Below are positions 1-10,768 of a DNA stretch of 64,000 nt, one piece after another; position 1 is the stretch's first letter, and each line of letters opens with the position of its first letter. The notes beneath the pieces are model-generated. The model worked only from the letters and a program-made list of their open reading frames with translations, did no database searches and was not told the origin of the DNA. The position numbers and the translations under genes are program-made. The DNA is from an uncultured archaeon (GTDB lineage: Archaea > Thermoproteota > Bathyarchaeia > Bathyarchaeales > Bathycorpusculaceae): assembly GCA_963782915.1 (NCBI GenBank), contig CAWALK010000011.1, positions 1 to 64,000 on the forward strand, given 5' to 3'.

Positions 1-395
1 TAGCTGATAGTCATTATTGAGGCTTTTATTTGTCTGACAGGTTTGTTGGCTTTCAATCCATCAATTAATCCCTTTAATCGGTATGAAGGGCCCTTGATTA
101 CCATAACTTCAAGGCAGTAAGTTTCCGTTAGATGAGAATGAAGGTAGGCGGTTATCATGTCGCTAAATTCGTGTTGAAGTTTAAACAGTTCCTCATTTTT
201 TTCTTCCTTGTCATAGAGGACTGAAATGGTAGCGATTACTTCCCCTTGTAGCTCGTCGAGTTTTTTGTATTCGATTAAGTAGCTTCGGAGAGCTTGTCTG
301 AGTACTTCTGATCGGCTTGCTGATTTTTGTTCTCCCAGTACTGCGTCTAATTCTTCTAGCAGTTCTGTAGGCAATGAGAGACTAATGATACTCAT
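1..395 (-). CDS. NikR/CopG-family ribbon-helix-helix metal-responsive regulator (stop codon at window edge; not in ORF track)
   Basis: Manual translation MSIISLSLPTELLEELD...SRSEVLRQALRSYL...LQHEFSDMITAYLHSHLTETYCLEVMVIKG: RHH N-terminus plus NikR His/His/His/Cys metal motif. GGTGA RBS at 401-405. Confidence 0.85.
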   Translation of the reverse strand, partial: MSIISLSLPTELLEELDAVLGEQKSASRSEVLRQALRSYLIEYKKLDELQGEVIATISVLYDKEEKNEELFKLQHEFSDMITAYLHSHLTETYCLEVMVIKGPSYRLKGLIDGLKANKPVRQIKASIMTIS

Positions 396-598
396 TTGAT
401 TCACCTTTATGCTTCGTTTGTTGTTGTTTCTATTTGGGTTGATTGACTTAAGGTTTGCTAGTTTTTTACTGGGAATCTTTGAGGAACTCCGTTTAGGGTA
501 TTCAACCGACTGTTTATTAAAAAAGCAAGGTTTTTTAGTTAACAAATAAATAATAAAATTTAATAACTCGTGTGAGAAGTTTAAAGTTAGGGAATTCA

Positions 599-1537
599 AT
601 GAAAAAAACAATCTACATCGTGGTAGGAGTTTTAATTGCAGTAATTATTGTCGCAGCAGTAGCAAGTTTATACCTCACCAACAACCTAGGGAATAACCCA
701 AGTTCAAAGATAACAGTACTTGCAACCTTCTACCCGTTGTATGATTTTGCCCAAAACGTAGGTGGAGATAAAATAAGCGTGTCAGTACTCGTACCAGAAA
801 CAGTTGACGTCCACGATTTTCAACCAACACCATCTGATATAGCTCAAGTCTCAAGTGCCAACGTGTTAATCTATAATGGCGCTGGACTTGAACCGTGGAT
901 TCAAGACGTTATTAACTCTGCAGGAAACCCCAACTTAATCACCGTTGACACAAGCAAAAACATAACAATACTCCCAGTATCCCCACAATTCCAGCAAGGA
1001 AACAGAACAGTAGACCCACATATCTGGCTAAACCCAGAAGACGCCAAACAACAAGTCAACAACATTCTTCAAGGGCTAATCCAAGCTGACCCAGCAGACA
1101 CCCAATACTTCACTTCGAACGCAAACACCTATCTTGCAAAGCTCGATGAACTAAATACTGAAGCAATCAATGCAACAACAAACACAGCCACTAACGTCTT
1201 TGTAACGTTCCATGAAGCGTTCTCATACTTTGCCAAGCAATACAACGTAACCCAAATTTCGATTTTAGGTCCCTTCCAAGAGGAACCCACACCAACTGAC
1301 ATCCAAAACGTAATTAACGCCATCCACCAGAACCACCTCAAATACGTCGGCTACGAATCACTAGAGAACCCAGCAGTATCTCAATCAATCAGCACCCAAA
1401 CCAATGCTACCCTGATAAACATGAATCCCATAGAAGGATTGACCGCTGAGCAAAAAGCCGCAGGCGACAACTACATTAGCTTAATGAAACAGGACATAGC
1501 AAACATTCACACGGCGCTGAATACCATTGGCAGTTAG
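599..1537 (+). CDS. znuA: Zn/Mn ABC transporter substrate-binding protein (ZnuA/AdcA family)
   Basis: VHDFQPTP, DPHIWLNP and FHEAFSYFA motifs; N-terminal TM anchor; ATG at 599 within ORF 572..1537. Confidence 0.9.
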   Translation: MKKTIYIVVGVLIAVIIVAAVASLYLTNNLGNNPSSKITVLATFYPLYDFAQNVGGDKISVSVLVPETVDVHDFQPTPSDIAQVSSANVLIYNGAGLEPWIQDVINSAGNPNLITVDTSKNITILPVSPQFQQGNRTVDPHIWLNPEDAKQQVNNILQGLIQADPADTQYFTSNANTYLAKLDELNTEAINATTNTATNVFVTFHEAFSYFAKQYNVTQISILGPFQEEPTPTDIQNVINAIHQNHLKYVGYESLENPAVSQSISTQTNATLINMNPIEGLTAEQKAAGDNYISLMKQDIANIHTALNTIGS

Positions 1538-2360
1538 ACCCGTAGTTGAAATCCGAAATCTTAGCCTCAAATACCCAAACGGCGTCACGGCTCTTCAAGA
1601 TATAAACTTAGACGTAAACCCCAAAGATTTCATCGCTCTCATTGGCCCCAACGGCGCGGGTAAATCAACGCTTCTTAAAATCATCTTAGGATTGATAAAA
1701 CCGACAAGCGGCACTATCAAACTCTTTTTAACTGAAGAGCATACACAGCAAACGCTTTCAAAACAGCGCCGAAATTCCCTAACCAGCAAAACCCTTGGTT
1801 CCTCAGGGCTCAACGGAAACCTCAAGTACGTCGGCTATGTTCCGCAAAGTGCACAAGCGAGGGACCCAAATTTACCTTTTAGCGTTTTTGAAACTGTCAT
1901 GCTTGGAAGAACACCGATTAGGGGACTTTTCCATAGAATGGGCCAAAAGGATAGGCAGAAAGTCGAGGAAACACTCAAGCTGTTTGGCATCTACGAACTC
2001 AAAGATAGAAAGATAGGGCAACTCTCAGGCGGACAGTCGCAACGGGTCTTTTTAGCTAAAGCCATGGTTGCCGAGCCCAAACTGCTCTTACTGGATGAGC
2101 CAACAAGCGGGGTAGACGCCTCATCAAAAAAAGAGTTCTATAGTATTCTTGAACGTCTAAACAAAGAAACAGGCCTTACGGTTATTCTATCTTCACATGA
2201 TATAGGCGTCATAACCAAGATTGCAAACCGCGTTCTATGCATTAACCGGTCGCAGTTCTTCTGCGGCGAAAACGAAGATTTCTCAGCCGAAGCCGAAATC
2301 CCAAAAATGTATGAACATCCAGTAGACATTGTGGAGCATCACCATGATAACCATTCTTGA
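1527..2360 (+). CDS. znuC: Zn/Mn ABC transporter ATP-binding protein
   Basis: GPNGAGKST, LSGGQSQRV, LLLDEPT; His-rich C-terminus. Confidence 0.9.
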   Translation: MAVRPVVEIRNLSLKYPNGVTALQDINLDVNPKDFIALIGPNGAGKSTLLKIILGLIKPTSGTIKLFLTEEHTQQTLSKQRRNSLTSKTLGSSGLNGNLKYVGYVPQSAQARDPNLPFSVFETVMLGRTPIRGLFHRMGQKDRQKVEETLKLFGIYELKDRKIGQLSGGQSQRVFLAKAMVAEPKLLLLDEPTSGVDASSKKEFYSILERLNKETGLTVILSSHDIGVITKIANRVLCINRSQFFCGENEDFSAEAEIPKMYEHPVDIVEHHHDNHS

Positions 2361-3228
2361 TGTCCTCTCGTTACTTCAAGCGCCTTTCATACAACGCGCC
2401 TTTATCATAGCAGTAATTATTGCTTTACTAAGTTCCATCTTGAGCATTTTTATTGTCTTAAAGAAAATCTCTCTCATAGGCGATGGACTGTCTCACACAG
2501 CTTTTGGAGGCTTAGCCCTTGGATACACAGTAACTACCGTTTTGTTTGGAACTATAGCTTCATACGCCTACTTTGTCGGTTTTATACCACAATCGGTAGC
2601 TGCAGTTACGGTAATCTTGGGATCTATAGGAATCAACAAGGCTTTGCGATCCACAAAGATTTCAGGTGACGCCGCAGTAGCGGTATTCCTACAACTTGGG
2701 CTCGCCGGCGGCATTGTTCTTTTGAGCGTTTTCCATGGGTTTGGAGTAAACCTTGAGAGCTTGCTTTTCGGCAGCATCTTGATTGTAAATAGTGATCAAA
2801 TAATAACTGCTGCAATTGTGGCAGCGATTGGATTAGCAATTATCTTTCTGGTTTTCAAAGAGCTTACTTACACCACTTTTGACGAAACACAAGCTCGTGC
2901 GTCTGGAATCAGAACTTGGGTGTATGACTATCTTCTAAGCGGTTTGGCAGGCGTTGCCGTGGTTATTGCTATACCCATAGTCGGAGTGCTTTTAATGTCC
3001 GCACTCTTGGTTTTGCCGGCGTTAATTAGCACACAGGTGACAAAATCTTTTAGGCAAACAGTCATACTCTCGCCAATCGTAGGCTTAATAATGGTAACTT
3101 TTGGCATTCTGTTCGCAGTCATAATTGATGCTGCTCCAGGCGGAACCATTGTTCTCACAGGCTTAGCAATCCTTGCAATAGTCTTCATCGGCAAAAGGGT
3201 GCAAAAAAGTCTAACAAATCAAAAGTAA
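2329..3228 (+). CDS. znuB: Zn/Mn ABC transporter permease (start probably ATG at 2345)
   Basis: GDGLSHTAFGG and LFGSIL motifs; multiple TM helices. Confidence 0.9.
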   Translation: MWSITMITILDVLSLLQAPFIQRAFIIAVIIALLSSILSIFIVLKKISLIGDGLSHTAFGGLALGYTVTTVLFGTIASYAYFVGFIPQSVAAVTVILGSIGINKALRSTKISGDAAVAVFLQLGLAGGIVLLSVFHGFGVNLESLLFGSILIVNSDQIITAAIVAAIGLAIIFLVFKELTYTTFDETQARASGIRTWVYDYLLSGLAGVAVVIAIPIVGVLLMSALLVLPALISTQVTKSFRQTVILSPIVGLIMVTFGILFAVIIDAAPGGTIVLTGLAILAIVFIGKRVQKSLTNQK

Positions 3229-3592
3229 CAGAGCTGAAACAAACTCTCACCCATAACAAAGAGATAAAGATTATACGATTGCTTCTGGGCCTAATTCTTT
3301 AAACTCTTAATTATTGAGTAAATTATTATCAGAGCCATATTAGCCACTATTATCCCTAATCAGGCAAACACAGGTACAAAAAAATAAACGACCCTACAAG
3401 GTTTGTTCACAAACTCGCTCGCTATGGGTATAAAGAACACCCCGTCCAATTCACCTATAAAACAAGTTATGAAAAAGAATCACTTTGACGGTTTCTATTT
3501 ATTTAACCAGCTTTCCCAAGAGGAAGGTTAGGTTCTCTTTTACTTTTCTCCAAAATAAGGGAAACTATGAAAATTTTCCTCCATTCAGGTAG

Positions 3593-3742
3593 CTAACCAA
3601 TCTTAACCATGGGTTTATCACAACACATGAGTGGAGAACAATCACTACAAGTGTCACCGGAACATGCTTTTTGAATAGTAACTTCCATGTTGCAAGAGGG
3701 GTCAGCACACTTGTAAACTTCACCTTTTTTGGGTTCAGACAT
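3593..3742 (-). CDS. 49-aa Cys-rich desulforedoxin-like metal-binding peptide (not in ORF track)
   Basis: MSEPKKGEVYKCADPSCNMEVTIQKACSGDTCSDCSPLMCCDKPMVKIG; perfect GGAGGTGA RBS at 3751-3758; YKC..C and L.CC..PM pattern of desulforedoxin. Confidence 0.75.
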   Translation of the reverse strand: MSEPKKGEVYKCADPSCNMEVTIQKACSGDTCSDCSPLMCCDKPMVKIG

Positions 3743-3950
3743 AAATTAGTTCACCTCCATGCACCAAGAATGATAGAAAGCAAATTTGCATTAACATTTA
3801 AGAACCGATTAAATTAGAATATATTGATTTGTGATTGTCGGGTATCACCCACACTGCTTTGGACTGGGCGCTATCATTGCTTCCTCGCAAGAAAATTCTT
3901 AAGGCATTGAATGTCTTATTGATTGGATAAGTGTTGGATAAGTGTTTTGA

Positions 3951-4349
3951 TTGGTGCCTAATAGCGAGACTAATCCTTTGCCAAGTGATAGGCAGCATGT
4001 TTTGGTAATAGACGACGATAAATCAGTTCTACTTTCAACGGCAAAGGTTTTCGAAAAAAACGGGTTTGTTGTTGACACGGCTGAAACTGGCGGGGAAGCT
4101 ATCGAAAAATCCAGGGCACGCCATTATGATGTGGCATTGATCGACCTAAAGCTTCCAGATATGGAGGGAGTCGAGGTTTTATCTAAAGCTAATTTTAAAA
4201 ATACGGTCAAGATAATGGTTACTGGATACCATTCGTTAGTTTCGGGGATACAAGCTATGGACCAAGACGTTGATGTCTATTTGCGTAAGCCAGTGCGACC
4301 GGAAGAACTACTTATGCTAGTTAAATCAAAACTTGCCAAACGAAAGTAA
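3951..4349 (+). CDS. Stand-alone response regulator receiver (CheY-like)
   Basis: VLVIDDD, LIDLKLPDMEG (phosphoacceptor Asp), VTG and KP motifs. Confidence 0.9.
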   Translation: MVPNSETNPLPSDRQHVLVIDDDKSVLLSTAKVFEKNGFVVDTAETGGEAIEKSRARHYDVALIDLKLPDMEGVEVLSKANFKNTVKIMVTGYHSLVSGIQAMDQDVDVYLRKPVRPEELLMLVKSKLAKRK

Positions 4350-4878
4350 AGCACTTTGCATGAGCTTATAATACTGTCAAATCCTAAACAGTCTATGAAG
4401 CAATTGATTTCAGAAAGGCTAAGCAATCAGTTTGGTTTGCAACGACCAATTAAAGCATCAATTCCAATACCTACGACTAACATTATTGCTCCAAAAATCG
4501 CCATTGGCGAATTAACGCCTGTTCCTTTCATTAGTGGAATTAACAAAAACGAGACAAGGAAAAGACCTCCCAAAAGTCCAACCGCCAATGGTATTAATTT
4601 TAATTCAATAAGCGGGTCCAAAAGATGCCTCCAAAATTTTCCCAGCCCCCTTTTCAATACAAACAAACAGTGTTCTGTCCGTCTATACTCAACCGAACCT
4701 AACGCTTTTTTATAATATTTCACTACTGGAAAAAGCTATAGTCACTAGTTAAGCCAGAGCTTATATTTAAGGTAATTTCGAAAAGTTTAAGCCTCTTTTT
4801 GTACCATTCAAGTTCGGTTAAAATTTCCAAGTTCTTGCGGGTTTATCGCTTTTAAACCATATTTACTATCGTCAACCT

Positions 4879-5111
4879 TCTACTTTCGCTTTAGAAAAGC
4901 CAAAACAACTGTGACAAGAATAAGCACTAAAAATACTCCGCCTAAGACAGCTCAATGCCAACCTAACTGCGGGGACAGAATGAAAAACCGTCGTTTGAGG
5001 AAGAACAAATAAACCGCCCAAATAAGCCGCCAAGTAAACTCCGACGAACACTATGCCAACGGCTTCTACTGCGAACAGAAACTTGGTTATTCTCTTATCG
5101 GGCATCTGCAT
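4879..5111 (-). CDS. Small two-TM membrane protein, apparent frameshift near 4950
   Basis: Hydrophobic N-terminal half; shifted frame continues VLGGVFLVLILVTVVLAFLKRK-stop. Confidence 0.5.
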
Positions 5112-5237
5112 ACAAATCCTCTATACTAGTTCAGTGTATAAAGTATTTAACACTAACCATTATGCAACTAAACGTTTCAAGCAATTGACCGCAAGTATAA
5201 TATACAATGTGTAACGAAACTATGCAGTGAAGACTCG

Positions 5238-6254
5238 GTGGTTTTGTTGGAGCAGCAAAAATTCGTTACCCCACTAAAAGTAGGCTTACTAGTCGTAGCC
5301 ATATCCTATTTTCTGTTCACCCTTCATGCAACCTTTACACTTGAATGGGTCGGGGAATGGGACCGCATTGCAGGCGGAGCTTTCAGAACTGCAATTCTTG
5401 TCGAGGACGTAATGGCATATGCCTGTCTGTTTTTCAGGCTTGCAGCCAGCATCATAGCCCTAGCAGCAGTCGTGTATTACTTTGCCAAGAAGAGCATTTC
5501 TAAGCCAGCGACCTACAAAATTTTAAGGGTAATTCTAATCTTCGAAGCAATTTATTGGCTTGGTCTAGCTGCAACCACATTCTTCACAGTTGAGGGCTTT
5601 GCAAGAGCTTTACCTATTCTACCGATAGCTTCCGTCTTAGACTCACTGGCGCTGGGTGTAATCCCAAGCGTTGTGGAAGCAATAATTCTACCCATTGCAC
5701 TATTCATTTTAGCTTTCAAATTAAGCCCCAACAAACCATTAAAGGGCGCAATAAAGTGGTCATTAATCACTGGAGCACTCTACATGCTCTCGTTCTGGTT
5801 AGTCTACACAAGCATCTGGGTAGGAGTTATACGTGCTAAGGGCATGGAATACTTTACCGCTCGTCCTGAAAACATAATTAGTTTTGCCTTAACTAGTGTC
5901 GGCTTGGTTGCCTTAGCCATCTACACAGCATACTCAACCAAAAAATTAAGCAGAGCAGAAACACTTCAAGAACTAAAATTGGGAACCGTGGGCGTCATTG
6001 TTTTAGCTCTGGGTACGTATTTTCTATGGAACTACATTAGTTGGGTTATTCTTGCGGGAGATCAATGGAATGATTGGTATGCGATGTTCCTTGGACACAA
6101 CTTGGACCTTTGGATGCTTTCATTACCACTAGTAGCATTGCCACTATTATTTTACCACAGAGAAAACCGACAGAGTACCAGACTCAAAAACAGCAACTCA
6201 GTGAAAACCCTAGAAGCAATCAATCTTTTTCTTCTTCTATTTCATTCGTGTTAG
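5238..6254 (+). CDS. Polytopic membrane protein of unknown function
   Basis: 338-aa ORF with about 8 hydrophobic segments. Confidence 0.75.
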   Translation: MVLLEQQKFVTPLKVGLLVVAISYFLFTLHATFTLEWVGEWDRIAGGAFRTAILVEDVMAYACLFFRLAASIIALAAVVYYFAKKSISKPATYKILRVILIFEAIYWLGLAATTFFTVEGFARALPILPIASVLDSLALGVIPSVVEAIILPIALFILAFKLSPNKPLKGAIKWSLITGALYMLSFWLVYTSIWVGVIRAKGMEYFTARPENIISFALTSVGLVALAIYTAYSTKKLSRAETLQELKLGTVGVIVLALGTYFLWNYISWVILAGDQWNDWYAMFLGHNLDLWMLSLPLVALPLLFYHRENRQSTRLKNSNSVKTLEAINLFLLLFHSC

Positions 6255-6402
6255 CGGCAGCATCAGACATCTTAGAGCCTTTCTTAAATTCGCCCTTAAC
6301 TCGCCCAAAAGCTCTTGCCAGTTGCGGTATCTTGGCGGGTCCCCAAAGAATAATCACGATAGCAACTACGCCTATGATTACCCATTCCCAACCTTGAAAC
6401 AT
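6220..6402 (-). CDS. tatA: Twin-arginine translocase TatA/E subunit
   Basis: GWEWVII...LWGPAKIPQLARAFGRVKGEFKKG, the typical TatA TM plus amphipathic helix. Confidence 0.9.
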   Translation of the reverse strand: MFQGWEWVIIGVVAIVIILWGPAKIPQLARAFGRVKGEFKKGSKMSDAAANTNEIEEEKD

Positions 6403-6596
6403 AAAATTGCCCTCTACCCAATTGGAACTGCTTAAAGGTTAAATCGATATGCTGGTACCACATAACAGTCACATAAAAACGCTAACAACACAAAAGTTCA
6501 CCTGTTTACTCTAAGGCTAATATTGTTACTAATAGCACGCTATCACATACGCTTAAAAGATTTCTTGAGTGTTAACCTCTTAGAAGGTACCCTTTT

Positions 6597-7475
6597 TTGG
6601 TTAATCGACGAGAATTTATCAAAATCGGTGTTGCTGGCGCAGTCGGTTTTGGCGTTGCAAGCGCGATTGAGATTCCGCTTTTAGAAAGCAATTACAACCC
6701 AAGGATTGCTGAGTTAGAGCAGCAGAGTGCAAATGCTCAAGCCCAAATCAATGAAACCCAAGGCTACTTAACCTTGAATTCGAACGAAAAACCAGAGGTT
6801 GAAGCATTAGCCGAAGCAATCATACCAAGCGACAGCAGCGGCCCAGGCGCCAAAGAAGCAGGCGTCATCTACTTCATAGATAACATGTTAGCGGGAAATT
6901 ATGGTAAAGGCGGAAACTATTTTCTTCAAGGCCCATTCGTCACCCCACAAACGGGTTCAGTTACAGTAATGGGTGCAGTTTACCCAAGCACAACAAAAAC
7001 CGCCATAACCTACTCAGGAGGCACCATCAAACCCAGATTGCAAGCGGGTACAGCCTATCAATACGCTTTTAACCCACGAGAGTTTTGGCGTCGCGGATTG
7101 GTGTTTCTGCAGCAGTACTGCACCGCGGCTAAGGGAGGCAAAAAATTTCAAGAACTCAGCTCAGCTGACCAAATTACGGTACTGCAGGAAATGTTTGATA
7201 ATAGCCCAGACAACACTGCCCTGCAATCCGCTTTTCAAGGCCCAACTGCCGCAGAATTCTACAACGAAATCTTTGACATGGTAGTTGCAGGCTACTGGGC
7301 AGACCCACTCTACGGCGGAAACGTAGGCAAAGTCGGCTGGTCACTTTTAGCATCTAACGGCGTTAATTCAGGTAGCGGACAAGGATACACACCAATACAG
7401 TTGGCACTAAGCACAACGCCCACTAAGCTTCCACCGCTTAGTCTAGGCGATTTACAACGGGGGGCAACGATGTAG
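6597..7475 (+). CDS. Gluconate 2-dehydrogenase subunit 3-like protein with Tat signal
   Basis: NRREFIK Tat motif; IIPSD..GPGAKEAGVIYFIDNML and GYWADPLYGGN..KVGW family motifs. Confidence 0.85.
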   Translation: MVNRREFIKIGVAGAVGFGVASAIEIPLLESNYNPRIAELEQQSANAQAQINETQGYLTLNSNEKPEVEALAEAIIPSDSSGPGAKEAGVIYFIDNMLAGNYGKGGNYFLQGPFVTPQTGSVTVMGAVYPSTTKTAITYSGGTIKPRLQAGTAYQYAFNPREFWRRGLVFLQQYCTAAKGGKKFQELSSADQITVLQEMFDNSPDNTALQSAFQGPTAAEFYNEIFDMVVAGYWADPLYGGNVGKVGWSLLASNGVNSGSGQGYTPIQLALSTTPTKLPPLSLGDLQRGATM

Positions 7476-9297
7476 ATGTCAGCTCCAATAACTCATCCAC
7501 AAACAGACGTTGTCGTTTTAGGTTTAGGCCACACAGGCGGACCTATCGCAGCAGAAATTACTGAGGCAGGCTACAATGTGGTTGGAATCGAGAAGGGACC
7601 CTTCTGGGATTATAATGTTGATTGGATTCCAACCAACATCCATGACGAATGGGCAATTACTGTAGAACGCAAATTTGATCATCCGCTCTACATTTCAACA
7701 TTTACTATACGAAATGATAGCACCCAGTTTGCGTTGCCCGTGCGAAGGTACACAAAAAACATCCAGTACCACGCATTAGGCCACGGCGTAGGCGGAGTAG
7801 GTACCCATTACGGCGGCGGATTAGGACGCTTTTCACCTTGGTCCTATCAACCCGTATCTTTTACGATTGCCAAATATGGTCAAGAAGGATACAACGCCAT
7901 CCTCGCCAACGTGAAAGGCGGCACACCTGACCTTGAAGATTGGCCAGTAACCTACGATGAAATGGTACCCTACTATAATCAGTGGGAACAAGCCCTCGGA
8001 GTCTCAGGTGACACACAAGACCCCTTCATACCAAACGCCAAATTCCCAACCCCGCCACATCCAGCAACACCATACGCCAACATCTACAAAGACGCCGTAA
8101 CAAGTTTAGGTTATCACCCTTTTCCATCAGTAAGCGGTTTAGTCAATGGCGCATACACTAACCAGTATGGCATAAACAGAAACGGCTGCATCTACTGCGG
8201 ATGGTGCGCTGGCTTATGCAACTACGTCTGCGAAGTCGGCGCTAAAAGCAGTTCTCATGTCACAACCGTTCCCGCGGCATTAGCGAACGGTGATAAATTT
8301 GATATGCGTCTTGATTCCTACGCATTTCGCATTGATACTGATAGTTCGGGTAAAGCTACGGGTGTACGCTACTATGATGCAACGGGCAAAGTGCATGTTC
8401 AACCAGCAAAAGTAGTATTCAACGGATTATGGGGCTTTAATCTCATACGAATGATGCTTCTCTCGGGCATGGGTGTCCCCTACAACGTAACCAACCACAC
8501 GGGTTCACTGGGCCGAGGCTTAACCAACGGATATTACCCAACCACCTCAAGCGCAAGCGTACAACTCTCGCTGGGCGCAAACACTTACTCATGCGGCAAC
8601 GGTTCAGGCGGCGGATACAACATAATGGACCTAAACGAAGTCAACCCAGATTACAAGCATCCAACAACATTCCTTGGAGGCGTAAGCTTATCATACGGCG
8701 GCTATTTAGGCGGAGGACCAGGCACATTCTCCAGTCAATTACCCAGCAGAACCAACCTCGGCGGCACATGGAAAGCAAGTCTAGTAAACCAGAAAATCCC
8801 CTCCAAACTCACCGCAACCCTCTCAGGCACAGGACCAAACCTGCCCCTTGTTGGAGCATTACTGTGATTTAGACCCACATTACACCGACATATATGGAGA
8901 TCCAGGCGCAAGAATCACACTAGACTGGGACGCAAACACCTACCGCGTATCAAACTACCTAATAAACGACTCAACCCTGATAACAGACATTTTAGGAAAA
9001 ATGGGCGATGCTTCAACCATAAAGAAAACCACAATCCCCGAGTTAGCTCAACATGTAGATTGGTGGGGACACCACATGAGAGGCGGCGCACGCACAGGCG
9101 CAAACCAAGCCACATCCGTCTTTAACAAGTGGATGCAATGCTGGACCAGCGAGAACCTGTTTGCAGCAAGTGAAATCTGCGACACATTCGGCGACAACAT
9201 CACGGCTGGAACACACGTTGCGGGCCCAATGGCGTATCTTGCAGCAGACGGCATCAAAAAATATCTTGCAAGCCCCGGTCCACTCGTTACAGGCTAA
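7476..9297 (+). CDS. GMC-family FAD oxidoreductase (gluconate 2-dehydrogenase flavoprotein-like), frameshift near 8848
   Basis: VVVLGLGHTGG Rossmann motif, GGVGTHYGG, DWPVTYDEM.PYY, Cys cluster CIYCGWCAGLCNYVCEVGAKSS; second frame supplies DLDP.YTD.YG.P and HHMRGGARTG C-terminus. Confidence 0.85.
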
Positions 9298-9303
9298 ACT
9301 CTG

Positions 9304-9879
9304 GTGCTATATTTGAGCGCTGAGGAACTTCTAAAACAGCTAACAGGCGTAATTTCTATTATTCCGCATGAATACGTCGATGCCCTACTAATTTTGCATG
9401 ATAAATGGGATAGCACTGGTGCAAATTGGATTGTGAATGGCGATTTGGCTATGTCACTAAGAACGGTGAATATTGAGCCGGATTGCATAGAAATCCTATG
9501 CACAAAACAGGAGGCACAGCAGCTTTTTGAAGCCTCCAAAGATTTTACGCCCCATCCAATTAGTTTTCAAACTAAAAAATTAGCCCAAGATGCAGTGTAT
9601 GAGGGCAACAAATACCCCGTTTACTCTAGAAGCCACTATTTCGAATTTGCCATAAAGGGCATTCCCGTGAAGGTTCAAGGCGACTTACAGTTCAAGGTGA
9701 ACGATTGGGAATGGGGTGATACCTTAGAGTTCCAACCGGAATACGTCAGTGTAGTTGGCAAAAAAACTGCCGTGACTCCATTGGCGATTCTGCATCAACT
9801 CTACAGCAGCTTAGGCTGGACAGAGAAAGCCCAGAGCATAGAGCAAGTGCTCCAGAAACGTTTGGTTAGACACCACTAA
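9304..9879 (+). CDS. Hypothetical protein, nucleotidyltransferase-like fold
   Basis: WIVNGDLAMSLRTVNIEPDCIEI resembles a degenerate GS...DxD NTase motif. Confidence 0.5.
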   Translation: MLYLSAEELLKQLTGVISIIPHEYVDALLILHDKWDSTGANWIVNGDLAMSLRTVNIEPDCIEILCTKQEAQQLFEASKDFTPHPISFQTKKLAQDAVYEGNKYPVYSRSHYFEFAIKGIPVKVQGDLQFKVNDWEWGDTLEFQPEYVSVVGKKTAVTPLAILHQLYSSLGWTEKAQSIEQVLQKRLVRHH

Positions 9880-9880
9880 G

Positions 9881-10753
9881 TTATAGGAACACTATTTTGT
9901 CTATTACCAACGCTATCATGAGGCACATGAGATAGGGCATTGAAGCAAGGAACGCTTTGAACCCATCAGCTTCAGTGCTTGAAATAAGCAACCCACGATT
10001 TTGAAACATAAATCCTGCGCCGGCCAACAAAGCAACAGACAAATAGATTGGACCAGCCAAAAACGCCAGCGGAAACACCGAGAAAACCACTGTTAATGCA
10101 TTTAGGGAAAACACGATCCGTGAAGCCTTTTGTATTCCGGCAGTTACAGGCAACATCGGAACGCCAACATGTGAGTATTCTTTGACTTTTTTGATTGCTA
10201 ATCCCCAAAGGTGACCAGGTGTCCAAAGAAAATCCAGCATCGCAACAAGAAACGGTAGTGCACTCAGAGTGTTTGCGGCGGCTGTCCAACCTGAGAGAGC
10301 AGCGAAACATCCCGCGAAGCCACCGATTACCACGTTCCAGGGGCTGCTGCGTTTGAGCCAAAGAGTGTATATTAACAGATAGAAAACGGCTCCTAGACCA
10401 ACCATTGCTGCGGTTAATGGGTTAAAGATGAAGTAGGAAAGTGCAAGGCTCAAAGCGATCAGGGTTGAACCAAAAACTGCAGCATTAATTGAGGTAATAT
10501 ATCCGGCGGGGATAACTCTCTTTGAGGTTCGCTCCATTTTTCTATCGATGTCTTGGTCATATACGCTGTTTAGGACGCCGCAGCCGCCTGCAGCCAAATA
10601 GCCGACAACCGCAAACAGGGCAAACTTGAAGAAATCAACAACTGGAAAAGCTGCAAGGACAAAACAGGTTAAACCCACAAGCAAATTCAGCAGTGTCACT
10701 TTGGGTTTTGTTAACTCGAAGTATCTACCCGCTTGCAATCGGATGTTTGTCAT
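9881..10753 (-). CDS. ctaB: Protoheme IX farnesyltransferase (heme O synthase)
   Basis: LTKPKV, NSVYDQDIDRKMERTSKR, YTLWLKR, LWTPGH, EY...GVPMLPV. Confidence 0.92.
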   Translation of the reverse strand: MTNIRLQAGRYFELTKPKVTLLNLLVGLTCFVLAAFPVVDFFKFALFAVVGYLAAGGCGVLNSVYDQDIDRKMERTSKRVIPAGYITSINAAVFGSTLIALSLALSYFIFNPLTAAMVGLGAVFYLLIYTLWLKRSSPWNVVIGGFAGCFAALSGWTAAANTLSALPFLVAMLDFLWTPGHLWGLAIKKVKEYSHVGVPMLPVTAGIQKASRIVFSLNALTVVFSVFPLAFLAGPIYLSVALLAGAGFMFQNRGLLISSTEADGFKAFLASMPYLMCLMIALVIDKIVFL

Positions 10754-10768
10754 TTTATCACTGTTATT

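Noticed and set aside
4356-4723. Overlapping ORFs 4356..4715 (+) and 4427..4723 (-)
   Set aside because: The plus ORF looks like a shadow; the minus strand may encode a small 2-TM protein but has no clear start or family signal
8840-8870. Programmed frameshift or true two-gene split of the GMC oxidoreductase
   Set aside because: It is one of many similar single-base breaks across the window with no slippery heptamer; an assembly error is more parsimonious
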